A DNA stretch of 63,104 bases, counting the filler, from Stramenopiles sp. TOSAG23-3 (Eukaryota): assembly GCA_900128585.1 (NCBI GenBank). It is 5 parts of 5 records of this genome, joined end to end, with 100 filler letters (N's around TTAATTAATTAA, not from the genome) between each part and the next. Parts side by side here need not be neighbours in the genome. Positions count along the whole stretch, not along the records: positions 1 to 12,572 come from LT642679.1; positions 12,673 to 25,236 come from LT642680.1; 3 more parts are not named here. One strand, written 5' to 3'. Numbering within the stretch: the stretch's first letter is position 1; every line of letters begins with the position of its first letter. Made by a program: the position numbers and the translations under genes. Shown here piece after piece: positions 9,477 to 18,961 of the stretch. The notes beneath the pieces were generated by a model. That model was given only the letters and a program-made list of their open reading frames with translations. It did no database searches and was not told the origin of the DNA.

Positions 9477-12400
9477 ATGACCGATGTTGAAGGCGAAGGG
9501 CCATTTGATTCTACGCTGCATGAAATTGTATCGCATGAAAGCCGTTGCAAGGATAAGCTTCAGTCTACCCTCGAAGCAAATCCACATTTGATAAATGAAA
9601 CCGATGAAAACGGCCTCACAGCGTTTCATGTTTTATGTCAACAGCAATGGGTTACTGCTTCCTCCATAAAAATATTCCTGAAGAAACTGCCTCAGCTTGG
9701 AGAGAGGCGCAAAAACCCAGTGAAAGAGGACGAAGTACGAGGAGGCAGCGAATCATCTGCGAACACAGATGGGTGGACCCCGCTTCATTTTTTGTGCAGG
9801 AACGAGCAAGTGAAAAGCAACATGTTAACGGAATACCGAATCATGTGCAAAGATGCGTTTTCGCTGCCAACGCTTGGAGGATCGCGGAGCCTTGCTTTGC
9901 ATTACCTGTGCCGAAATCCAAAAGTCAATGTGCAACTTCTTTTAGCATACACGGAGGGAAACGGGGACGGCATAATTCAACCAAATGATGAAGGCATTCA
10001 GGCGCGCCAAATGCTGTGGGGAAACGATTCATGGACGAGCTTCTTTCTGGGGCAAATGCCAGCATTCATCAAGATGTTACGAGCGTACCATGATATCTTC
10101 CAGTCTAGGCTCACGGTGGAGCAAAACCAGCGGGCTAGAACTGACGGCAGTATGAAGGTAACGCCAACACTGGGAAAGAAGCACACTGTGAAACAACTTT
10201 GGTCCAATGCAATGGAATTGCCCCCAGATGCAAACCGTCTGCTACGGCTAATAATAAAATGCCCCAGTGTCGCCCGGGCGAGGGTAAGCGTAAACGTTGA
10301 TAGCACAGTGCATGTACCAAATTTCAACCTGGCCTCATTGCAATTCTGGGTATGCGGGGAAGAAACATTGGACGATGATTCCAACACAGAGGCACCAGAA
10401 ACACAGGACGAGGAACAGACGTTAATTATGGGAATGAGAGTTCTATTGTATGCAGCAACCATTGTTTTCGTGGACAAATACTGCGAATCCGACTCCGTGC
10501 GACTAGAGGACATTGCCTGTCTACAGCGAGCGATATTAGAGCACAATGCACTCAAGAGAAAAGATGGCACGAGCGTGTATGGTGCAAACATTTCTCCGCA
10601 CGGTTGGGACGACGTAAGACCAGACTTCCCATTCACTGGGCTATACAATATTCTTCAACGCGACAATACCTTTGACGACACCCTCAAAGTCCCATCGTTT
10701 GTGTCTCCATTAGCGCACGCGGTTCGCCATGGCAACCTGGAGTGTGTGGAGGCCATGTGCAATGCTGGCGCGAACGGCTGCTGCGAGGGCATGTACATGG
10801 ACGTTTCCAGCCACGGATTCTCGAAGTTTTTGAGCAAGTTTTTTGTCGAAGTTGGCAGTCCGAAAACAATCACTCCGTACCAGCTCGCATTGTGCGGAAA
10901 GGAAGCAGTAACGTCTCACACAGATGATCCCAAGGAATCCGAGTGGAAGCGAAGGACTTGGATAAGTATGTTGAATGTTTTGCAATTGTCTAACCGCGCC
11001 CAAGAGTGGCGACGGAAGGTTGCGTGCCAATACGCGTCCAAGCGGCTACTTATTTCCGGCGTATTGATTATGGTTCTGTTGATTCTTAACATTTCCCTGA
11101 CGCCGGTTAGGTCCAACAGTATGCGATTCATGCAAATGAATTCTATTCAATCTATGGCAGAACAGGCAAAAGAGATTGACTCCCCAGATGCGCTGTACGG
11201 GTACCTCTCCGGCAGCATCGTGCCGACGTTTTTCTCCGCCCAGGCAAATGAACAGCCCATGGTCGAAGAATTGAACTTTGTCATTGGCGCTATCCGAGTC
11301 CATCAATGTAGACACAAGATGGTAAATTGCGGCAAGGATGAGAACAGTGTGATGAGCAAACTGGGGCAGTCGGCGTGCATAAAAATCGATCGGGGCGATT
11401 ATAGCACTGCGCCGATCAAAGGGCCGGACGACTCGAATGCACAAGGCTTCAAGCACGTACAAGTAAAAACGCGCGTTCCAGTCACTATAATTGGGGCAAC
11501 CAACGGTGGGGAGAAACAATATCCGAGTAGCGGATACATCGTGGATTTGGACACCACGAACAGGTCTGTCGCATTTTCTACCATTCAGGGATTGAAAACG
11601 TATAATTGGGTATCCCCCAAAGAGGGAACAGCTGTTGTTAACGTGTTCTTCTCGCTTTACAACCCTCACACTCACCAAGTAGCTACTGCACGAACGACGG
11701 TAGAATTTTGGGCAACCGGGGGTACGAACGTGGTGAACAAAATTTGGATTCTCGATTGGGAAGAGCCAGGAAAAAATAAACCAACGTTTACACTCTTTTT
11801 CATCTCGTTCGTGGTGTTCATGGGCTTTTTTGCGATGGAAATGTTGGCGTGGTGGAAGGGGCATGTCGAGGCCGTCATGACAGAAATATTTGACGGGGCA
11901 ACCAGCTACAAACGTTTGAAATTGAGCATAAAAAAACAGGTATACATAGCACTTTGCGGCTGCTGTTTATCGCCTGGGAAGAAACGTAACAAAGTTAGGT
12001 CTTTCCTAGTGTATTGCAAGGGCGCTCTGGGAAATAAATACTGGCAAGACCCGTGGAACATTCTCGAAATAATAGTGTCCCTAAGTTTCTTTGTGTCCTT
12101 TGATTATTTTTTAAGCCTCAACCACGCCCGTATGGTGGCTCAAAAAGATATGGCCAATGCTGTTACAGACCCGTCCCAGTTCATAAATTTGAACGACTTG
12201 ACCCATTTTTCCGCAGCATTAAGGGACCAGCTGGGGTCGCTCATAGTCATTGTATTCTTTCATGCCTTGAAGGCAATCCAACGCATACCGTACTTTGGCA
12301 TCGGCTATCGTACACTAGCCATAACACAGACCATAACATCTGGCGCCATCGTCCCGTTTTACATTGTCTTGGCGTTTCTCATGCTTGGGTATTCCCTCGG

Positions 12401-12557
12401 GTTTATGTTTGCCTTCGGCGATGAGAGTCGTTCTTATTTCGATCAGGCGGACTCTTTCCGCTCTGTATTTACGATGAACAACGGCGGCGATGCAGAGTGC
12501 AATAGAAAAACCTTCCACAAGCAACGACGAGGGCGTGTCCGAGTGGGACGACGATAA
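9477..12557 (+). CDS. Ankyrin-repeat plus polycystin-2/TRPP-like channel; the true C-terminus (S6) is lost at a junction near 12494
   Basis: Ankyrin repeats DENGLTAFHVLC, DGWTPLHFLCRN, LALHYLCRN, SPLAHAVRHGNLECVEAMCNAGAN. VIGAIRVHQ, YPSSGYIVDL, NWVSPKEGT, EFWATGG, YWQDPWNILEIIV. The last ~20 codons come from the inverted repeat. The start could be the ATG at 9339 instead. Confidence 0.85.
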   Translation: MTDVEGEGPFDSTLHEIVSHESRCKDKLQSTLEANPHLINETDENGLTAFHVLCQQQWVTASSIKIFLKKLPQLGERRKNPVKEDEVRGGSESSANTDGWTPLHFLCRNEQVKSNMLTEYRIMCKDAFSLPTLGGSRSLALHYLCRNPKVNVQLLLAYTEGNGDGIIQPNDEGIQARQMLWGNDSWTSFFLGQMPAFIKMLRAYHDIFQSRLTVEQNQRARTDGSMKVTPTLGKKHTVKQLWSNAMELPPDANRLLRLIIKCPSVARARVSVNVDSTVHVPNFNLASLQFWVCGEETLDDDSNTEAPETQDEEQTLIMGMRVLLYAATIVFVDKYCESDSVRLEDIACLQRAILEHNALKRKDGTSVYGANISPHGWDDVRPDFPFTGLYNILQRDNTFDDTLKVPSFVSPLAHAVRHGNLECVEAMCNAGANGCCEGMYMDVSSHGFSKFLSKFFVEVGSPKTITPYQLALCGKEAVTSHTDDPKESEWKRRTWISMLNVLQLSNRAQEWRRKVACQYASKRLLISGVLIMVLLILNISLTPVRSNSMRFMQMNSIQSMAEQAKEIDSPDALYGYLSGSIVPTFFSAQANEQPMVEELNFVIGAIRVHQCRHKMVNCGKDENSVMSKLGQSACIKIDRGDYSTAPIKGPDDSNAQGFKHVQVKTRVPVTIIGATNGGEKQYPSSGYIVDLDTTNRSVAFSTIQGLKTYNWVSPKEGTAVVNVFFSLYNPHTHQVATARTTVEFWATGGTNVVNKIWILDWEEPGKNKPTFTLFFISFVVFMGFFAMEMLAWWKGHVEAVMTEIFDGATSYKRLKLSIKKQVYIALCGCCLSPGKKRNKVRSFLVYCKGALGNKYWQDPWNILEIIVSLSFFVSFDYFLSLNHARMVAQKDMANAVTDPSQFINLNDLTHFSAALRDQLGSLIVIVFFHALKAIQRIPYFGIGYRTLAITQTITSGAIVPFYIVLAFLMLGYSLGFMFAFGDESRSYFDQADSFRSVFTMNNGGDAECNRKTFHKQRRGRVRVGRR

Positions 12558-12572
12558 GGTGGTAAAAGTGCC
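12494..12572 (-). repeat. 79-bp inverted terminal repeat of scaffold 1, right copy (probable chimeric junction)
   Basis: Exact reverse complement of 1-79. It interrupts the channel ORF just after the pore loop. Confidence 0.95.
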
Positions 12573-12672
12573 NNNNNNNNNNNNNNNNNNNNNNNNNNNN
12601 NNNNNNNNNNNNNNNNTTAATTAATTAANNNNNNNNNNNNNNNNNNNNNNNNNNNNNNNNNNNNNNNNNNNN
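12573..12672. other. Artificial scaffold-joining linker N44-TTAATTAATTAA-N44
   Basis: Six-frame stop linker, identical to the three other linkers. Confidence 0.98.
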
Positions 12673-13017
12673 CGTATGTTGTTAGTGTGCGCGGGCTTCA
12701 GACCCTGTGATGAGCGTAGCGAGGCAGCAAATTATTGTTTTTACTAAACGCGCACGAAATGAAGAAAACCATCAGCACAAAAATGCTCTCGTACAATATA
12801 TACGCTAATAAAAAGACGGACGTAACCGCGACTAAAATGCAAGTTACATATTGTGTATTTTATTTTATATTTTAATCTTCCGAAGTACCGAATATTTCTT
12901 AGTTAACATACACACTGTCTCAACTCTTGTGACACACTTTACGTACGATTGAAAAACTTAAACCGTCACTGTAAGGGTGCAGCGAAAACGCGCTTTCTTC
13001 CACCCCCCGCGCGCGTT

Positions 13018-16000
13018 CTACTCTTCCGCAATTGCGCCTAGACTACCACTGTTGATTCTTCCGCCGCTGAATCTTAGCTGCATGCTGGACGGAGGCTTCG
13101 GTGGAGCTGGTGGTCTGTTCGTTACCATAACCGACTGCCTTGCTTGGCGAGTGCGTACCCGTTCAACAATTTCTTTTGCATTTCCTTCTTGGTCTTTGGA
13201 GAATGCAGCAAACAGCCCCTCCCCAGATTTGGCCGTTTGTGATTTCAGGGCCGAGCGATTTTCTCGGTCAGCTCGTTTCTTGGACAGAATCTTTTCCTTC
13301 TTATTTTCTTCGTATGCCGCCTGCAACTGGCCCATGAATTTGGCGACGCTTTCGAGCACGTCTTCAACTGACAGCCCAGTCTCACCATAGTGAAGAATGA
13401 GGTTCTTCGCGTCCGTTTCGACTTCGGCTATTTGCTTTGTGAGCCGTTCCACGGATGGGTTCGCGTAGGACTCCAAGAACGGGCCCATTACGTCGCGGAT
13501 AGCGTCGGATGGCTCTGCTCTTTCTGAACAGCTCTTCATCAGGTTTGTAGACGCCTTCAATCGGTTAACAGCGCCCTTCACTTCGCTTAAGCTTTGCTTG
13601 GACGCAGAAACGACATGTTTCATTTCATCTTCAATTTTCTTCGGGGAGTTCGAATTACCCCGCGACGAGTCCATGAATCGAATGATGTAGCGCAGCAACG
13701 TCGACTTGTTGTCTTTCGTTTTCAGAGCGTTCAGCTTAATCAGGGTCTCCAGGTGAAAGCCGTAGGCTTGCCCCTTTTTGTTCCCGCCATTTAAATAGTT
13801 ACCAGTGGCCAAAACTACGGTCAAAAACTGCCGGAACGATGGCGACGTTTTCACTTCACGGATCGCACTCCCGAACGTTGAAAGTTTCAGCTTGCATTCT
13901 TTCAGCAGATCGTCGAAAGAGGCTTTCTCTTTCATTGCCTTAACGCGCTGGACTACATCTTTTACTTCTAAAATTTCGACGAAGAACTTTTCTACGTTGG
14001 CCAGTCGGGATTTGTCCCCTTCAAATGATTTAATAGCATCTCTTTCGTCCGGAGTCGGTAAAAGTTTTTCCAGTGAGGTCAAGATATCCAGCGACAGCAC
14101 GCGGTCATCGATTTGTTGGATGGCGCGCTTGATGTCTCTTGGGGACAATCCTTTTTGCCCAAAGCGCGACAAACCAATCCCAACATTTTGTTGACGACGA
14201 GGGTCCACAAACGAAATGGACCCCTTCGATTTGGTGCCCTTGCTGTTCGACTTTGGGGCTTTGGCTTGAAGCTTTGCTTTTGAAAACAATTCCTCCAATT
14301 TGGAAGTATCGAGCTTGATAATGGACTCATCCACATCTTTCCAAAACGAGTCCACGACTGACTTGTCTTTAAGTTTCTTCCAAAACAGGCTTTTCATTTT
14401 CTCGTTCGGGGTAATCTTCGGTTTCGGGGGAAGTGATACCGCCTGCGCCGCACGAGGCATTCCGAGGCCTCCTCTGGCACCAGGCATGGGTGGGGGACCG
14501 CGCCCTGGCATGGGTGGGGGACCGCGCACTCCTCCTCTGGCACCGGGAAGGGGTGGGGGGCCACGCTGAGGCCCTCCTCTGGCGCCTCTTGCACCGGGCA
14601 TTGGGGGCGGACCACGCAGAGGGCGCGCCCCTCTAGCTCCCGGCATGGGCGGGGGGCCGCGAAGGGGGCGACCAGTTGGTCTCGCGCCACCTGACAATGG
14701 TGGTGGACCACGAAGTCCTTGGGCACCAGGCATGGGGGGCGGACCGCGCAATGGGCGACCTCCAGCTCGGGCATTTCCAGGCATCGGAGGAGGGCCGCGC
14801 AGGGGCTGCGCCCCGGCCCCAGCGCCTCCAGGCATCGGGGGCGGCCCTCGCAAAGGGCGGCCCCCTGCCGCGGCGGGCAGAGGCAACCCCCGGCCCGCTG
14901 GTGAACCCGTTGCGAGACCCGTTGCTGCTGCACGGGGGGCCGACTCCAAACGTTTGATTTCCGTTTTCAAAGCTCGAACTTCGGCTTCTAGAGATTCAGT
15001 TTTTGCATCAGATTCTGTGATGACATTCTTCAACTCATCGTCTAAACGTTCTTTCTCTTTATTCGTTTCTGCCAGTTTATTGAACATGTTGTCAATTCTC
15101 GTCTTCATACCATCCTCACGCGCTAGCGCGTCCTTAAGATCTTCCTCTAGTTCATTCAACCGTCGAAGTTGGGCAATCTTTTTCTTCTCTGCGGAGGCAT
15201 CTGCCTCGTGTGTTTCCAGCAACTTTAAAAAGCTTTCATAATTGAATTTCCACGCAGAGCCGAGTTTAAAATCCTTCTTTTTCAGTGTGGACGAGAGCAA
15301 TTGCTCGTTTGCAGCGTTTACAATCTTCGAAACGGCATCGCTGATCGCTGCCAACGTTGCTTTCCCCCTCCTTTCTTGCGGGGGCACCAGGTAAAGGGAT
15401 TGCAAAATTGGCAACAGCGCGTCCGACATGCCGAGGTCAATGGCATTTTCGGCCACCCCAATCGCCATGGACGAAGTACTACTGGTATCAATCGATTCGT
15501 GCATCGTGTCCTCCAAGTCTTGTTGTAAAATTGCATCAAACACGTCCATTTGCTTACAAAACGAATTCAACTGGTCGATGCTCGAATCGTCGACCCCTTT
15601 GCTCTCCCCCTGTGTACTTACTGCAAGCTCCTCCAGCTCAGTGCCCACATGAATCATGATTTCATCCAGGCGAAGCTGGAGAAAGCATGATCTCACAATG
15701 ACCCGGTCTTCCAACTCGCAGGTGCTGTTAATGACGCTGTTAATGAACATCATTATGGCCAGCCGCAAAGTAGAGCTTTTCGTCATGTACAGGCGGTCGA
15801 TGACGGTTTGGAACCTTACGTGTTCAAACCTGTACCTCCGGAACTCGTCGAATGCTTCCATGACGGTGTCACTGTATCCTAAATACCAGCACAGGACAGA
15901 CAACTTTTCTAAGGCTGCTTCTGTTATTTTATCAGAGAGCTCCATCAGGTTACCGTCGTTGGTATCAACGTTAGGGCAGATTTGCTGAACGATCATTTGT

Positions 16001-17559
16001 ATACCCCCCGATGCCTCCACCAGAGCATCCATACCAGTCTGGTTGTTCATGAAAGCTTTCATAATGGACATTCCAACGAGGCGAAGCTCAAGGTTCTCTT
16101 TGGTCGAGAGGCGTACCTCTGCCAAGCTGCGCAGGGTGGCAATCAGCCCATCGAGGCCACCCGCGGTAGCAAATGCGTCCAGCCACTCTCGGCCGCTAGT
16201 AGCAACTGCAGGCTGCAGCTTTCGCATGGCTTCAATATCAGCTATCTTCCCCGCCACGGCTTCCTTTGCCCAGAACTGGGCGTTGGAAATCGACCCTATG
16301 ACAAAATGACTCCCTCGCTTGTTTGCCTTATGGACATGCGACTCTGCAATCCGCTTTTCCATCGCTGCGCGGTTCAGCTTCAGCAACTGCCACTTTTGGT
16401 CCGCCGACTGGTTTGCCATCATGTCTTTCTGCGCCGCATCCGGGAGCGCAAGTTCTTGCAAAAGAACACCGTACCACTCGTTCAGCATCTCTTCCGACTC
16501 TGGTCGCTTGAACGCAGTTTCGTCGGAGGTTGACGCAACTCGAAGAGCCGCGAGCCACCGGGTAAAATCCTCCTCGCTATCCGCAGAGACAATTAAAGCC
16601 GTGTTTTTTCCGATCTGCAAACCGATGGTGCAATCGACGTCTTTCTGTTGAGTGACCCAGACATTCGTTACTTTCTCCATGTCGATGCATTTTTTGGACG
16701 AGGACAACGAAGCGGAGAACACGAATTCCTTGTCCGCGTAGTACAACTTTTTCGTATCGACGTTCAGCACAAAATACTGCCGGTGGAATGAGGAAGAAAA
16801 AAAGGAATTTTTCTGTTTCTTTCGAACCAAATACCCAGAGGGCATCCTGGACACAGTTTTAAACGTGCTGGTCGACTTCTGAAGGGACTTTATGGCTGCG
16901 ATGTCTTTCGCAGAAAATTTTACCCCGCCCCCCTCCCCTCCATCTTTCACAGCATTGGACCTAGACTGTTCCAGTTGGGCTTGCGAATGGGCAGGCACTT
17001 CCGAGGCACTGATAGGAAAGCTGCCCAGCGAATCTGCCTTTTGGCCTGAACTGTAGAGTTCCGCATTTTCACGGAACAGAGCAGACCTTCTAATGGTTTC
17101 TTGTTTTTGAGACACAGTCTGAACGTCTTCTTCGTCGACTTCCATATCTTCGTCTAGGGACTCCTCCTCCGACACACTGTCTTCTTGGGCCTCGTCTACC
17201 GGGCTTTCCCCAAGGCTCCCAGCCGCTTCATCTTCCCCATCAAAATCCACGGGTTTCGTCCACGTCGTCTCCCCTGTTTCAGAATTAACGTAGAAGGTTC
17301 TATTGTACCGCTGGTCAACAGAACTCTTCCACTTGCTCCGGCCCGGTGACTTTGGTGCGGCACCCACGGCTGCCGGATCATACTCTTTCACGAACGTTTC
17401 AGGAAAGTAACCCTTTTCGCCAGTACTATCACACACGCCATACCACCACCCCCCGGGAATTTTGTTTAAAATAGTAACCGAATCGCCTTGCTTGAAGCTG
17501 GTTTGGTTTTGCGCCGACACGCCGTTGAAATCCCCAAGGGCAAGTGCTTTCGCCGCCAT
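13018..17559 (-). CDS. Formin with SH3-WW-PH-GBD/FH3-coiled coil-FH1-FH2 architecture (1513 aa)
   Basis: SH3: ALGDF...GGWWYG...GYFPETFV. WW: W...FYVNSETGETTWTKP. PH: SGYLVRK...RQYFVL...FTRWLAAL. GBD/FH3: QKWQLL, WLDAFATAGGL, MMFINSVI. GPPPMPG repeats (FH1). FH2: MKSLFWKKL, RQQNVGIGL, LATGNYLNGG, AYGFHL. Confidence 0.93.
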   Translation of the reverse strand: MAAKALALGDFNGVSAQNQTSFKQGDSVTILNKIPGGWWYGVCDSTGEKGYFPETFVKEYDPAAVGAAPKSPGRSKWKSSVDQRYNRTFYVNSETGETTWTKPVDFDGEDEAAGSLGESPVDEAQEDSVSEEESLDEDMEVDEEDVQTVSQKQETIRRSALFRENAELYSSGQKADSLGSFPISASEVPAHSQAQLEQSRSNAVKDGGEGGGVKFSAKDIAAIKSLQKSTSTFKTVSRMPSGYLVRKKQKNSFFSSSFHRQYFVLNVDTKKLYYADKEFVFSASLSSSKKCIDMEKVTNVWVTQQKDVDCTIGLQIGKNTALIVSADSEEDFTRWLAALRVASTSDETAFKRPESEEMLNEWYGVLLQELALPDAAQKDMMANQSADQKWQLLKLNRAAMEKRIAESHVHKANKRGSHFVIGSISNAQFWAKEAVAGKIADIEAMRKLQPAVATSGREWLDAFATAGGLDGLIATLRSLAEVRLSTKENLELRLVGMSIMKAFMNNQTGMDALVEASGGIQMIVQQICPNVDTNDGNLMELSDKITEAALEKLSVLCWYLGYSDTVMEAFDEFRRYRFEHVRFQTVIDRLYMTKSSTLRLAIMMFINSVINSTCELEDRVIVRSCFLQLRLDEIMIHVGTELEELAVSTQGESKGVDDSSIDQLNSFCKQMDVFDAILQQDLEDTMHESIDTSSTSSMAIGVAENAIDLGMSDALLPILQSLYLVPPQERRGKATLAAISDAVSKIVNAANEQLLSSTLKKKDFKLGSAWKFNYESFLKLLETHEADASAEKKKIAQLRRLNELEEDLKDALAREDGMKTRIDNMFNKLAETNKEKERLDDELKNVITESDAKTESLEAEVRALKTEIKRLESAPRAAATGLATGSPAGRGLPLPAAAGGRPLRGPPPMPGGAGAGAQPLRGPPPMPGNARAGGRPLRGPPPMPGAQGLRGPPPLSGGARPTGRPLRGPPPMPGARGARPLRGPPPMPGARGARGGPQRGPPPLPGARGGVRGPPPMPGRGPPPMPGARGGLGMPRAAQAVSLPPKPKITPNEKMKSLFWKKLKDKSVVDSFWKDVDESIIKLDTSKLEELFSKAKLQAKAPKSNSKGTKSKGSISFVDPRRQQNVGIGLSRFGQKGLSPRDIKRAIQQIDDRVLSLDILTSLEKLLPTPDERDAIKSFEGDKSRLANVEKFFVEILEVKDVVQRVKAMKEKASFDDLLKECKLKLSTFGSAIREVKTSPSFRQFLTVVLATGNYLNGGNKKGQAYGFHLETLIKLNALKTKDNKSTLLRYIIRFMDSSRGNSNSPKKIEDEMKHVVSASKQSLSEVKGAVNRLKASTNLMKSCSERAEPSDAIRDVMGPFLESYANPSVERLTKQIAEVETDAKNLILHYGETGLSVEDVLESVAKFMGQLQAAYEENKKEKILSKKRADRENRSALKSQTAKSGEGLFAAFSKDQEGNAKEIVERVRTRQARQSVMVTNRPPAPPKPPSSMQLRFSGGRINSGSLGAIAEE
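14470..14890 (-). repeat. FH1 proline-rich coding repeats (RPLRGPPPMPGA-like)
   Basis: About ten imperfect GC-rich units inside the formin ORF. Confidence 0.85.
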
Positions 17560-18961
17560 GGAAAGGTAGGTCCTCTCTTGGCCAAAGGGTCGAGAACCAA
17601 TACAACTTAAAAATCCAATCCAAGGAATAAAAACTAATTTAAAAATATGACAAAGAAGACAACAATCTCTCTGTTCCCTACACTACCTAAATCAACCAAT
17701 CTCTCTGTCATAATTCTAATCAGTGCTAATCAATTGTTTAATTTATTTACATTCAACATGCTATCGTCAGATCATCTATTTATTTATTTATTATTTAAAA
17801 AATATAATTGGAATAATTTTATTTTAAATTATAATATATTTATTATTATTATTTATTGATAATACAAGCCTTCATTTCATTTCATATCTTCGTAATCTCT
17901 CTCTCCTCTCCTCTCCTCTCCTCTCTGCTGAAATCAGAAAAACTAGAAAATAACAACAAGGAAATAACAACAACACAACAAGAAACGATCTAAAAAAATT
18001 AATAGAATGATTTCTTCCCATTGTATTGTAGTATATATAGTCTATCGTACATAAAATCTCAAAATAATAATTTGGGTAGGAGTTGAAGAATCAGGAAAAT
18101 CCAATATGCTACATCATACATCATAATGGGGTCTAGTCAAGTTATTACAATAGAAGGCAATCAAGAAAGTCTTTCTAAGGTAGGTTTAAAATGTCTGTAT
18201 TGGATTTTTTTCTCCATATTTATTACTTTCGCGTTATAGCTATAATTAGAGATATAGATTGAAAACAATTTCAGCTAAAAAACGTTTTTTCCTTTTTGGT
18301 TTACAAAACCCTTAGTATTGAAGTGAACGCTTCGCTCGGCACAACAACAACGAGCATTTGTGAGTTTTTTGTTCATTTCGTATTTAGCTGATGTGAGCAG
18401 TTTCAACTGGCAGTATAACTATTTATTCTACATTCGACGATTCTACAGTGGCCTCTTCTTTTACAAAGTATTGTATTACTTGGCAGTATTTATTGGTACC
18501 TGGTACCGTACCGGTACGGTAGAGAGTGCACTACGCGTATAATAATGTAATGCTTTTATAATGTATAATAAAGAGAGAGAAACAAAAACAATAAAATAAA
18601 AAAATTAACAAGACGTCAATTCCACCTACCTATGCACTGTAAGACAAAGCGTCAGCTACACACACAAGAAGAAGAAGATGATGTGGGCCAATGGGCACAG
18701 GGTAATAGCATGATCCCACAATTATGGGAAGTAGAGAAGAGGAGGAGGAAGAGAAAAAAAGAAAAGAATCGAGCAAAGAGAATGCGGCAAACGGGAACAT
18801 GTGGCCCCGCCCCGATATTTCAAATTATTCAATCTTCTTTGTTTACCCTTTAAGCAACAGTTTAACACCAAAAAACAAACATACCAAGGCGCACACTTAC
18901 TGCTTTGTTTGCAGTCCCAGCGTCTCAACTTGTAAATAGCCAAACCTGAACAGGCTGCACT

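Noticed and set aside
1-12572. Polinton, virophage, linear plasmid or nanochromosome reading of the TIR-bounded scaffolds
   Set aside because: No polymerase, integrase, capsid, transposase or telomeric repeats. Both repeats are exactly 79 bp, and one cuts through two ordinary genes.
18504-18521. Perfect 18-bp palindrome TACCGTACCGGTACGGTA in the formin/kinase divergent spacer
   Set aside because: It is a single occurrence within GTAC-rich simple sequence (similar at about 61333), with no support for function.
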